NCBI GenBank assembly: GCA_023299965.1
Contig: JALZVN010000329.1
Location: forward strand, 1 to 37,930
Source of the DNA: Saprospiraceae bacterium
Lineage (GTDB): Bacteria > Bacteroidota > Bacteroidia > Chitinophagales > Saprospiraceae
Direction: 5' to 3'
Length of the DNA: 37,930 nt
The notes under the pieces are model-generated. The model was not told the DNA's origin. It searched no databases and was given only the letters and a program-made list of their open reading frames with translations. Positions 1 to 8,886 of the stretch are shown here, piece by piece. Position 1 is the stretch's first letter; each line of letters starts with the position of its first letter. Both the position numbers and the translations under genes were made by a program.

Positions 1-833
1 CTAATCTCTTCTACCTTTTGGCTGAATAGTTTCACCATAGCTTGGTAGTCCCATCCTTTGACTTTATATATCTTCATTCCCCCAGAGTTGTACTCATAAG
101 AGAAACCATCCAAGGCTTCTGAAATACTAGCTTTAGTGGTTTGATATTCTTTAGGTACAGAGATACCGTATCCGTCATCCCAAACAAATACTGCTAGAGG
201 CACTTTACTTACGGAAGCCGCATTGATTGCTTCCCAGAATACACCTTCTGAAGTACTCGCATCTCCAATCGTACAAAAGCTTACTTCATTACCATTGACA
301 GAAAAGTTCTGACCTGCATCTATGCTTGCATTTTCTCTATATTTTTTAGAGGCAAATGCAATCCCTAAACTTCTTGCCATCTGCCCTCCAGTGGAGGAGA
401 TACATGAAGTTACATTTTTGAGTTCTGTATGTTTAGTCCAATTACCTGCCTCATCAATGAGCGGAGTAGCGTAGTGATTATTCATCTGACGTCCTCCAGA
501 AAATGGATCATTGCTAGAATCTGCATATAGCTGTGCAAAAAACTCTTCAATCGAACAGAGTCCTAAGGCAAACATGAAAGTCTGATCTCTATAGTACCCT
601 GATCTAAAGTCTCCGTTCTTAAAGGCTCTTGCCATCGCCACCTGTGGAACTTCTTTGCCATCTCCTAATATCCCAAATTTACCTCTACCCGACAGTACAT
701 CTTTTCGACCTAGCAAACTTGCTTCTCTACTGATACAACAAATCCAATAATCACTCAAAACTTCCTCGTGATATTCGTTTTCATTGCTTACAGTTTTCAG
801 TAAATTCTTGTCAACAACAGGATTATCTATCAT
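1..833 (-). CDS. TPP-dependent 2-oxoacid dehydrogenase E1 component (fused alpha/beta type), N-terminal part; the 3' end runs off the window
   Basis: The minus-strand frame is open from the window edge to ATG at 833-831. My translation reads MIDNPVVDKNLLKTVSNENEYHEEVLSDYWICCISREA...KNVTSCISSTGGQMARSLGI...VNGNEVSFCTIGDASTSEGV, typical of E1 alpha TPP-binding modules. It is absent from the ORF track because no stop codon lies inside the window. Confidence 0.7.
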   Translation of the reverse strand, partial: MIDNPVVDKNLLKTVSNENEYHEEVLSDYWICCISREASLLGRKDVLSGRGKFGILGDGKEVPQVAMARAFKNGDFRSGYYRDQTFMFALGLCSIEEFFAQLYADSSNDPFSGGRQMNNHYATPLIDEAGNWTKHTELKNVTSCISSTGGQMARSLGIAFASKKYRENASIDAGQNFSVNGNEVSFCTIGDASTSEGVFWEAINAASVSKVPLAVFVWDDGYGISVPKEYQTTKASISEALDGFSYEYNSGGMKIYKVKGWDYQAMVKLFSQKVEEI

Positions 834-1127
834 ATTTTGGATTAATGGTTATAAATAAGGTTAATTATCGTGGTAATCACGCATCAAATATACGAATAAC
901 CGTTCGTATGACTACGATATTGGCTTTACATAATTAATGCATCCTTAGTAAAACTGTATTTTTGAGTCTTTTGTTTTGGGCTTTTCTTAACAGAATTAAC
1001 GCTAGTTTAACAAGGAAATGTGCCGTAGATATTTCATATTAGTATGATTATTGCTAATTTTGGGGTAGGAAAAGTGAACAACACCCCTTTTCCATTGTTT
1101 TTGTACAACAAGTTAAATCATTAAAAA

Positions 1128-1604
1128 ATGAAGAATATATTAACATTACTCACTTTATGCCTTTGTATTGGCTTTTTATCTGCTCAGGATGGTTCTTATG
1201 CACCAACTGATAATGCTGAAAAAGTAGCTTCTGAAGGACCAATTATGGAATTTTCAGATGTCGTAGTTGATTATGGTACGATAAAGCAAAATGCTGAACC
1301 GTTCAGAGTATTTAAGTTTACGAATAACGGTAACGAGCCATTAGTAATTAAGCACGCAAAAGGTAGCTGTGGTTGTACAGTACCAACTTATCCAAAAGAG
1401 CCTATCTTACCTGGTGAGACAAATGAAGTAAAAGTTAGATATGATACTAAGCGTATCGGCAAATTCACTAAGACGGTTACACTTACTACCAATGAAGAGG
1501 TTAGCAAAAGAGTTCTAACAATCAAAGGAGAAGTATTGAAGCCAGAAGCAGAGCCTGCAGCTGTGCCATTGAGTGAGCCTTCAATATTGAATGGAGGAAA
1601 CTAA
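1128..1604 (+). CDS. Secreted DUF1573 domain protein
   Basis: Has an N-terminal signal peptide (MKNILTLLTLCLCIGFLSAQ) and the DUF1573-like core HAKGSCGCTVP...PGETNEVKVRYDT. It is followed by a strong terminator. Confidence 0.75.
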   Translation: MKNILTLLTLCLCIGFLSAQDGSYAPTDNAEKVASEGPIMEFSDVVVDYGTIKQNAEPFRVFKFTNNGNEPLVIKHAKGSCGCTVPTYPKEPILPGETNEVKVRYDTKRIGKFTKTVTLTTNEEVSKRVLTIKGEVLKPEAEPAAVPLSEPSILNGGN

Positions 1605-1621
1605 TTCTGTTTTCTTTATCA

Positions 1622-1659
1622 AAAAAGCCTTTTTCGTAATAACGAAAAAGGCTTTTTTT
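1622..1659 (+). terminator. Rho-independent terminator after the DUF1573 gene
   Basis: Perfect stem AAGCCTTTTTCG / CGAAAAAGGCTT with loop TAATAA, flanked by an A-run and a T-run (symmetrical). It starts 18 nt after the stop codon. Confidence 0.8.
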
Positions 1660-1721
1660 ATGCCCTAACTCTATATTTCAGAAGCGGGTCTTACGATCTA
1701 TATAACAATATTTAGCCTGAA

Positions 1722-1775
1722 AAGAGGAAACCCTCACCCATAAAAGGCAAGGGCTCCTAACCCAAACAAATAAAC
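1722..1775 (+). repeat. Fragment (3'-terminal part) of the GC-rich intergenic element family (copy E)
   Basis: AAAAGGCAAGGGCTCCTAACCCAAACAAATAAA aligns by eye with the complement of 18431-18460 (AATAGGCAAGGGGAGCCCCCAAATCAAAATC). Confidence 0.4.
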
Positions 1776-2200
1776 ACAAAAACTTTTTTAACTGAATTAC
1801 CTTATAAAACTATATAAATAGGTTGCTTGTACCAACAGTGCAATCAAAATAATGTGACATTGAAATAGGGAGCATATGCTATAATATATTGCCTGAGTGT
1901 CTTCTGCACTTCAAGCTAAAACAGTATGGAATTTGAATCTGATGGATCACTATCACTCTACAGTTTAAAGCTTTTTACACAATTTAATTGCTAAACTAAA
2001 ACAACTTTGATCCTGTACAGTTAGTAGTGGATAAGTGGTGTTGCTATACAAAATGGTGACTTCGTTTTTCTAAGCTCCCGTAGCACAGAAAACCATGAAA
2101 GTTTAATTCTGGTAAAAAAATTAACTAAAATCAAATGCTCCCTTCAGCAGCTAAGCCTCTTTAATATTTTTTATATTCGACCCTACAAAAGGAAAAATTT

Positions 2201-2962
2201 ATGATACTCGTATTATCCCCTGCTAAAACCTTAAATGAAGAACCAAGTCAAATTAAGGATTATTCCGAACTGGTCTTTGCACCGGAAAGCCAAAAATTAG
2301 TTAAAAAGCTAAAAGATCTCAAACAGATAGAGCTAGAAAAACTAATGCACATTAGTAGCAAACTAGCTGAGCTAAATCTTGGTCGATACAAGAACTTCAA
2401 AAAAGAATTTAATACGGATACTGCTCTGCAAGCTATTCATATGTTTAAGGGAGACGTCTACGTTGGTCTTGATGCCCCTTCATTTGACAAAAATGACCTT
2501 AAATTTGCTCAGAAAACGGTTCGTATCCTGAGCGGACTATATGGCATAATCAAGCCATTGGATCTGATACAGCCATATAGATTAGAGATGGGTACTCCTT
2601 TCTCCAATGGGCATGGAAAGAATTTGTATGAGTTTTGGGGAACTAAGATCACTGATCAGCTTAATAAAGAACTTACTGCAAGCAAGTCTAGCCATCTTTT
2701 GAATTTAGCTTCAGTGGAATACTTCAAATCTATCCAAAGAGATCAACTAGTCAAGCCAGTTTTGGATATCGATTTTAGAGAAGAAAGAGACGGCAAACTG
2801 AAGGTTATATCCTTTACAGCTAAAAAAGCTAGAGGAGATATGGCTAGACAAATTGTTAGACAAAGAATCAAGAAGGCAAATGATCTGAAGCAGCTCAATA
2901 TCCTAGGATATACCTACAACGAAGGGGGATCTACAGATTCAAAATACTTATTTATAAAATAG
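2201..2962 (+). CDS. yaaA: Peroxide stress protein YaaA (UPF0246/DUF328 family)
   Basis: N-terminus MILVLSPAKTLN and ~250 aa length are characteristic of YaaA. Downstream motifs such as LSGLYGIIKPLDLIQPYRLEMG also fit. Confidence 0.85.
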   Translation: MILVLSPAKTLNEEPSQIKDYSELVFAPESQKLVKKLKDLKQIELEKLMHISSKLAELNLGRYKNFKKEFNTDTALQAIHMFKGDVYVGLDAPSFDKNDLKFAQKTVRILSGLYGIIKPLDLIQPYRLEMGTPFSNGHGKNLYEFWGTKITDQLNKELTASKSSHLLNLASVEYFKSIQRDQLVKPVLDIDFREERDGKLKVISFTAKKARGDMARQIVRQRIKKANDLKQLNILGYTYNEGGSTDSKYLFIK

Positions 2963-3230
2963 GAAACTCCTATTCAACGCTTATCTTACAATGGCGGTTT
3001 GGAAACTAACTTTTTCCAAGCGCCGTTGTAGATATGATGCTATTAATACCCAACTCTTCAATAGTCTACTTCCATTGTGGACAGGCTTATTCCTCTCTAG
3101 TCAGTTCAAAAAAGGGAGCATCCCACTCATTGTGAAAAACAGTATCAATCCCCCCTATACTTTATCAAAAGAAGTGCTTATCTTGGAAGAGCAATTGCGC
3201 TATAGAGATGAAAACCTAATGTAAATCAAA

Positions 3231-3614
3231 ATGGAAGAATACTACAAAGAAGCTAAGAAATTAGTCCAGAAGAAGAAAGGTTTTTATGGAAACTTTACCA
3301 GCTGGTTGATCATGTCTATATTTTTCTTTGTGTTGAATATGACTATGAATACTCATTTCCATTGGTGGATCTTTCCAGTATTAGGCTGGGGCATCGGAGT
3401 AGCTTATCAATATGTAGAAACTTTCGGAATCTTCAATTCAAAAAACTGGGAAAAGAGAGAAATCGAAAAAGAAATGTCTCGCCTTTATTATAGGGACAGA
3501 TATAAAGCCAATAGAGATGGTTTAACCTTGAATGATATCCCTGATAGAGAAGAATTAGATATTCCAGATTTTGAAAAACTCAAAAGAGAGTGGGACGATC
3601 AGGAGTATGTGTAA
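3231..3614 (+). CDS. 2TM domain-containing membrane protein
   Basis: KKKGFYGNFTSWLIMSIFFFVLN...HWWIFPVLGWGIGVAYQY gives two hydrophobic helices in the arrangement of the 2TM family, followed by a charged C-terminal tail. Confidence 0.65.
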   Translation: MEEYYKEAKKLVQKKKGFYGNFTSWLIMSIFFFVLNMTMNTHFHWWIFPVLGWGIGVAYQYVETFGIFNSKNWEKREIEKEMSRLYYRDRYKANRDGLTLNDIPDREELDIPDFEKLKREWDDQEYV

Positions 3615-3617
3615 GCG

Positions 3618-4616
3618 CTACTCGTAATATACCGCAACCAACTTACCTACCCTTTCTTTAAAGGTATCATACTCCTTCGCTAGCTTGTGAAAGAACAGCT
3701 CTCTGTACTGAAATCCCTCAGAGCTAATGAGCACAGATCTTCGCTTAATATTATCAACCCATACATTTGCCTGCTTGACAAAACTAGGACTGTAGGTAAT
3801 CATATAATGAGGCATATCTATACCTATAAATGCACTCTGAATATCATCAGAGTCATAGAGCAAAATATTCACAAAGTTGCCAAATTCATTCAAGTAAATG
3901 CGCGGTGCATGACTGCCAGGACTTACATCAGCCGCTTTAGGAGAGGTTACTTTTTGCAAGGTGGATAGCAATCTTTCTATATCCTTAAGCAGCAAACCAA
4001 TAAAATCTGCATTTGGAAAAGCACGCATAGTGATACAAAAAACAATCTGCTGATAGAGATTATTCAACATACTAGGATTCCAAATTTCGGTGACTTTTTG
4101 GCTCTTGTAATTGTACTGAATTTCTTTCCTCAAAGATTCCATTCGTTGATCGATGGAAACCGTTTTGTCTATGATCAACTTTGCTTCATTATAATGAAGG
4201 TGATTCCAGATAGAAATTAAGAAATGCAAGATATACTTATGCGAGAAGTAATAATTGATCGGCAGCTCATTCGCTAGATAAGTAATCTTACTACTCTTAT
4301 GCCCAGTGGTCGGCTTTAGATACACCGCAAAGCGATCTACAAAGTCGATGCTGGACGCATTATCTCTCTTCCAAAATGGATGAAAGAAAGGCATATAGCT
4401 TTCATTTTGAAAAATATTATCCAGAGATATTTTAAATATCCCAGCAAGTTGTACCATTTCACTCGCTGTAAGCGCAGTTGTTCCATTCATTCTTTTATAA
4501 ACAGCCCCTTTCCCTAGGTGCAACACCTCCATAGTAGTATGCAATACTTCTTCTGGCGAATGCCTTTCACTTACAAAGTCAAAAAAACGTTTTTGTATAT
4601 CTACTTGATTATTCAT
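3618..4616 (-). CDS. Helix-turn-helix transcriptional regulator, ~330 aa, with a C-terminal domain of unknown function
   Basis: The N-terminal segment LHLGKGAVYKRMNGTTALTASEMVQLAGIFKISLDNIF looks like an XRE-type HTH. I do not recognise the remaining ~260 aa. It is a clean ORF convergent with the 2TM gene (3-nt gap). Confidence 0.55.
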   Translation of the reverse strand: MNNQVDIQKRFFDFVSERHSPEEVLHTTMEVLHLGKGAVYKRMNGTTALTASEMVQLAGIFKISLDNIFQNESYMPFFHPFWKRDNASSIDFVDRFAVYLKPTTGHKSSKITYLANELPINYYFSHKYILHFLISIWNHLHYNEAKLIIDKTVSIDQRMESLRKEIQYNYKSQKVTEIWNPSMLNNLYQQIVFCITMRAFPNADFIGLLLKDIERLLSTLQKVTSPKAADVSPGSHAPRIYLNEFGNFVNILLYDSDDIQSAFIGIDMPHYMITYSPSFVKQANVWVDNIKRRSVLISSEGFQYRELFFHKLAKEYDTFKERVGKLVAVYYE

Positions 4617-5345
4617 AAAGGTCTCTCTATTCTATTGGATACTCTGTTTCTTTATCAGCTTCAAAATAGAAAATTTTACGCAGCTTATGCACTCAACAAG
4701 GATATCAGGGGTGTATTGGGCGCATTATTGTATAGTTATTTTTGTTATATGTTTTTTGTTATTTTATATTCACTTGACAAAAAAGTAAGTTTTGAAAAGT
4801 TTGAAAAAAAATCAATAAATAATTTTCTTCATATACACATTATATAATTTCGTTATATGTTCTTTTTCTGATAGTTATAATCTATTCGAAATAAAATTAC
4901 TTTTTTTTCAAAAAAAACGTAACCCTTGAAACCCTCTTGAGGAAACCTATCCATGATGTCCCGTTTAATTATAATAGGAAGACGGAACATACTTAGTCAT
5001 GAGAAAACTACTTACCCATCTTTCTCCATTTTACCCTAAATGGAATGAAATAAAAAAAATGATTGCTGATCACAAAGATATATTGGCAAGATGACCGAAA
5101 GTGGAAGCACTTTCTGAATGGACTGTTAGCTCTAAATCCGATTACAAAAAAAAGCTGCACTGGGCTTGAGACACCCGCGTAGTTTTATTCAATTTTGAAT
5201 TTATTTTAGGTTAACAAATAATGTAAAGTTTATGGCTTTAATTCAATCTGAGAACAAAGACCATCCACAGAGCTATACAGTCCATTCTTCATTTTTGCTA
5301 AAGTGTAGGGAGCTACACTAAAGAACTTCTGCTAAACTCGATTGT

Positions 5346-5396
5346 AAATCCGGATTCTGCATGGGGCGCTCGCCCTGGTAGATCCGGAATTTTTTT
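5346..5396 (+). terminator. Orphan intrinsic-terminator-like hairpin + T7 with no annotated gene upstream
   Basis: TCCGGA(5349-5354)...GGGCG-CT-CGCCC...TCCGGA(5383-5388) is followed by ATTTTTTT. The nearest upstream plus-strand ORFs are only 29-31 codons long. Confidence 0.4.
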
Positions 5397-5430
5397 GCCC
5401 CTACTCTATCTTTCCAAGTTTATATTTTAT

Positions 5431-5620
5431 GGGAGTATCCATCCTTTCTATTTCAAAAAAAATAGAAAGGATGGTCGCGCTATCCGTTTGTATTCGGCAC
5501 TTCTGATGCCCAGTATACATAGTCCTAGCTAGTCTTCGCCTATCGGCTCAGCCGTCGCTAGTCCTTGTATACTAGTGCATCATAAGCCCCTCATATCACT
5601 GCTATCGCTTACTCAAAATG
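5431..5620 (-). repeat. GC-rich hairpin-dense intergenic element, copy A
   Basis: 14-bp perfect stem CCATCCTTTCTATT(5439-5452)/AATAGAAAGGATGG(5461-5474) with an A-rich loop (U-rich on the minus strand). Carries the complement of the AAGCGAT box at 5604-5610 and a GATAGCG box next to the hairpin. It is a GC-rich island in an AT-rich spacer. Confidence 0.5.
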
Positions 5621-5687
5621 AATGTTGCGGACTGTCTTCAGTATGCGCTATTTTTTATACTTTTATGAGATTTTAACCAAGATTACG

Positions 5688-7811
5688 ATGTTTAGCGAAA
5701 GAATAGCGAATGCGCTCCATTTAGACAAAAAAAGAGTAAAAGCAGTTATAGAATTATTAGAGGAAGGGTCTACTATTCCATTCATTGCTAGATACCGAAA
5801 GGAAATGAGTGGATCTATGGATGAGGTCAAGATTGCCGATATTGCAGAGCACTTGAAGAAGCTCAATGAACTAGTAGCAAGAAAAGAGTATATCCTCAAA
5901 GCCATCAAAGAACAGGGCAAACTACATCCAAAATTAGAAAAACAAATCGTGCAATGTTGGGATCCCACCCTGCTAGAAGATCTTTATTTGCCTTACAAAA
6001 AGAAAAGGCAGACCAGAGGTGAGATGGCTAAAAAGAAAGGACTAGAATCCTTGGCAAAGTTAATCTTCGCGCAAGATAACACCTCTTTACAAAAGGCAAG
6101 TAAGACATATATCAATAAAGAAGTCGCAAATACTGAAGAGGCGTTAGCAGGTGCTAGAGATATCATCGCGGAATGGGTCAATGAAGACGGACAAATCAGA
6201 GATAAGGTCAGAAAACTATTCTCTAAAGAAGCGGAAATTCAATCTAAAAAAGTAAAAAGCAAAGAAGAGGAAGCAAAGATCTATAAAGACTACTTTGACT
6301 TTAATCAAGCTCTTGACAAATGCCCTTCTCATCGCCTCCTAGCTATCCGCCGAGCAGAAAAATTAGGTCTACTGCGGGTAAGCATAGACATAGATGCAGA
6401 AAGAGCTCAGCATAGCATAGAAACAAAAATTATCAAAAATCAAAGCGAATCTGCCAAGCAGGTACAGCTAGCTATTGCAGATGCATATAAAAGACTGCTT
6501 AAGCCATCCATTGAGACAGAATTCAAAAACATAAGCAAAGATAAAGCAGATGAAGTAGCCATGGAAGTCTTTGCAAGAAACCTGAGGCAATTATTATTAG
6601 CTGCTCCTTTAGGTGGTAAAGTGGTTTTAGGATTAGACCCTGGCTTTAGGACAGGCTGCAAATTAGTAGTGTTGGATAATACAGGATCGCTCCTTTTCAA
6701 TTCCACGATTTATCCTCATCCACCACAAAACAAATCATCAGAAGCAAAACATAAACTCGCGCAACTTATAGAAAAATATAAAGTCGAAGCAATTGCTATC
6801 GGCAACGGAACGGCAGGCAGAGAGACAATGCAATTATGCAAGAATATAGATCTCCCCTATCCACTCGACATTTACTTTGTCAATGAATCAGGAGCTTCTA
6901 TCTACTCCGCATCTAAAATAGCGAGAGAAGAATTTCCCCACCAAGACATCACAGTAAGAGGAGCCGTATCTATTGCTCGACGATTGATGGACCCTCTAGC
7001 AGAGCTGGTAAAAATCGACCCTAAGTCAATCGGCGTAGGTCAATATCAACATGATGTCAATCAAAATCGATTAAAAGAAAACTTGGATCAGGTTGTGTCT
7101 TCCTGTGTGAATGCAGTCGGCATCAATCTAAATACCGCTAGTGAACATTTGTTGAGTTATGTATCAGGATTGAATACCACTCTTGCTAAAAACATAGTTG
7201 GCTATAGAAATGAAAATGGCGTTTTTAAATCTAGGTCGGAACTCAACAAGGTAAAAAGACTTGGCAAGAAAGCCTTTGAGCAAAGTGCAGGATTTTTGCG
7301 TATCAAACAAAACAAAAATCCCCTTGACAATACTGGAGTGCATCCTGAACGCTACAAGCTAGTCAAAGAGATGGCCAGTTCTGTAAATTGCAAGGTCCCA
7401 GACCTTATAGGCAATGCTCCCAAGATTGACGAAATAAAATTGAGTACTTTTATATCTGTGGACGCAGGCCTTCCTACCCTGAAAGATATACAAAAAGAAC
7501 TCAAAAGACCAGGACTGGATCCTAGAGGAGAAGCCAAGCAAATAGATTTTAATGATAAAATAAAAAGCATTGAAGATTTAGAAATAGGGATGATCCTACC
7601 TGGTGTCATTAACAACATCACCAAATTTGGTGCATTCGTTGACATCGGAATAAAGAAAGGAGGTATGATTCATATTTCTCAATTGGCTAACAAATTTGTT
7701 AAAGATCCGGCAGACGTTGTACACCTTGAACAACACGTTCAAGTCAAAGTCCTAGAAGTAGATTTAGATAGAGGAAGAATCCAACTATCAATGAAAGATA
7801 TAAATCAATAA
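5688..7811 (+). CDS. tex: Tex-like RNA-binding transcription accessory protein (S1 domain)
   Basis: Contains STIPFIARYRKE near the N-terminus, the YqgF/RuvX-like LGLDPGFRTGCK, HhH repeats and a C-terminal S1 domain (GVINNITKFGAFVDIG...VKVLEVDLDRGRIQLS). The start is moved from 5622 to ATG 5688 (MFSERIANAL...), because the 22 upstream residues are not family-like. Confidence 0.9.
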   Translation: MFSERIANALHLDKKRVKAVIELLEEGSTIPFIARYRKEMSGSMDEVKIADIAEHLKKLNELVARKEYILKAIKEQGKLHPKLEKQIVQCWDPTLLEDLYLPYKKKRQTRGEMAKKKGLESLAKLIFAQDNTSLQKASKTYINKEVANTEEALAGARDIIAEWVNEDGQIRDKVRKLFSKEAEIQSKKVKSKEEEAKIYKDYFDFNQALDKCPSHRLLAIRRAEKLGLLRVSIDIDAERAQHSIETKIIKNQSESAKQVQLAIADAYKRLLKPSIETEFKNISKDKADEVAMEVFARNLRQLLLAAPLGGKVVLGLDPGFRTGCKLVVLDNTGSLLFNSTIYPHPPQNKSSEAKHKLAQLIEKYKVEAIAIGNGTAGRETMQLCKNIDLPYPLDIYFVNESGASIYSASKIAREEFPHQDITVRGAVSIARRLMDPLAELVKIDPKSIGVGQYQHDVNQNRLKENLDQVVSSCVNAVGINLNTASEHLLSYVSGLNTTLAKNIVGYRNENGVFKSRSELNKVKRLGKKAFEQSAGFLRIKQNKNPLDNTGVHPERYKLVKEMASSVNCKVPDLIGNAPKIDEIKLSTFISVDAGLPTLKDIQKELKRPGLDPRGEAKQIDFNDKIKSIEDLEIGMILPGVINNITKFGAFVDIGIKKGGMIHISQLANKFVKDPADVVHLEQHVQVKVLEVDLDRGRIQLSMKDINQ

Positions 7812-7815
7812 AAAG

Positions 7816-8871
7816 ATGAAAAAATATATTCCTTTACTTTTATTTTTCTGCAGCGCTGTATGCTTCACATGTAAGACAAAACCAGTCAGCGAAAAAGTAA
7901 TGTCTACTTCAGCTCCAGTGGTAGAAGTCTCTGTCCGTTTTTTAGATAGTTTAGATGCTTCAAATAGTGTTTTAGTGGATAATACCAATGAGATATTCAC
8001 AAGGCTTACCTCTTTAGATATGTGTATCCAAATGAAAGGAGACTGTAAAGAAGGAGAAAGTAAAGACAGCATCGTAAAGCGTTACAAAAAATATTTACAA
8101 AAAGATGTCACCAATTTTAGTGATGACGAAATAAACTGGCTGGGTGGAATATGGGCGGAAGCAGTCAACCTCTGCAACGGTCTCAATAAAAACATCTTGC
8201 CCGCTACTGTCAACCTCATCAAGTCTAAAGGATCATACTATGGTGGAGATGCTTTCTACACTCGAGAAAATTGTATTGTCATTCCTTCGGAAAGAATCGC
8301 CTTGAGACAAAATGAAGCGATGCTCTCCGTAATGTTGCACGAAATTTTCCATTTATATAGTCGTGAAAAACCTGCAAAGCAAAAAGCATTGTATAATATC
8401 ATTGGATTCGAAAGTATCGGAGACTCTAGAGATTTGATTATAGATAGTCCATTAAAAGAACGCCTACTTTGCAATCCTGATGGGCCTAATTTCGCCTACG
8501 GCATAGATCTTCAGTCTAGCAAAGGTGATATCAAATGTATCCCTATTATTAGTTCTACATTAGACAAATTTATTCCATCAAAAACTCAATTTTTTGACTA
8601 CCTCTATTTTGATCTTTTTGAAGTTCAGAAGCAATCCAATGGAAAATGGAAAGTCATCTCCGATGACAAAGGACAAGCTGTAGTACCGGATGATGCAATG
8701 CCTTCGTTCTTCGATCAAATAAAATTTAATACCCAGTACATCATACATCCTGATGAAGTACTAGCAGACAACTTTATGATATTGGCTCTATCCAAAAAAG
8801 ATCCATCCACTTTAGAAAACTTTGATGAAGCTGGAAAAACCTTACTCAAAAAAATAGAAGACGCATTGTAA
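7816..8871 (+). CDS. Lipoprotein with an HExxH motif (putative zinc metallopeptidase), family not recognised
   Basis: Has a signal/lipobox-like N-terminus (MKKYIPLLLFFCSAVCFTC) and HEIFH at aa 175-179 (nt 8338-8352). It starts 4 nt after the tex stop and ends 15 nt before pbpC. Confidence 0.55.
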   Translation: MKKYIPLLLFFCSAVCFTCKTKPVSEKVMSTSAPVVEVSVRFLDSLDASNSVLVDNTNEIFTRLTSLDMCIQMKGDCKEGESKDSIVKRYKKYLQKDVTNFSDDEINWLGGIWAEAVNLCNGLNKNILPATVNLIKSKGSYYGGDAFYTRENCIVIPSERIALRQNEAMLSVMLHEIFHLYSREKPAKQKALYNIIGFESIGDSRDLIIDSPLKERLLCNPDGPNFAYGIDLQSSKGDIKCIPIISSTLDKFIPSKTQFFDYLYFDLFEVQKQSNGKWKVISDDKGQAVVPDDAMPSFFDQIKFNTQYIIHPDEVLADNFMILALSKKDPSTLENFDEAGKTLLKKIEDAL

Positions 8872-8886
8872 CCGTTATATAGCCAT

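Noticed and set aside
2991-3224. 77-aa ORF tightly packed between yaaA and the 2TM gene.
   Set aside because: The spacing is compatible with a real small gene, but I recognise nothing in the product and cannot support it from sequence alone. It is left uncalled; conservation in relatives would decide.
4518-4847. 109-aa plus-strand ORF overlapping the HTH gene start and running into the AT-rich spacer.
   Set aside because: The product is AT-driven and Phe/Tyr/Leu/Ile-rich, overlaps the regulator's 5' end, and shows no motif or sensible start context.
4999-5321. Small plus-strand ORFs 4999-5094 (31 aa) and 5232-5321 (29 aa) as genuine peptide genes.
   Set aside because: Neither has a leader motif, hydrophobic signal or other recognisable feature. 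They are mentioned only as candidates in the orphan-terminator finding.
5622-5687. N-terminal extensions of raw ORFs (tex 5622, oxidoreductase 18347, kdsA 20958, lipocalin-like 23447, MATE 27462, STAS 37275, RR 14510).
   Set aside because: In each case an internal ATG, GTG or TTG gives the family-typical N-terminus or a proper signal peptide. The extension either overlaps the upstream gene or adds non-homologous residues.
5663-7645. Minus-strand ORFs 5663-5968, 5993-6181, 6440-6706, 7352-7645 and 7359-7541.
   Set aside because: All are nested antisense within the tex reading frame, which has continuous family-typical motifs. Their products are low-complexity Ser/Leu-rich strings with no recognisable motif.
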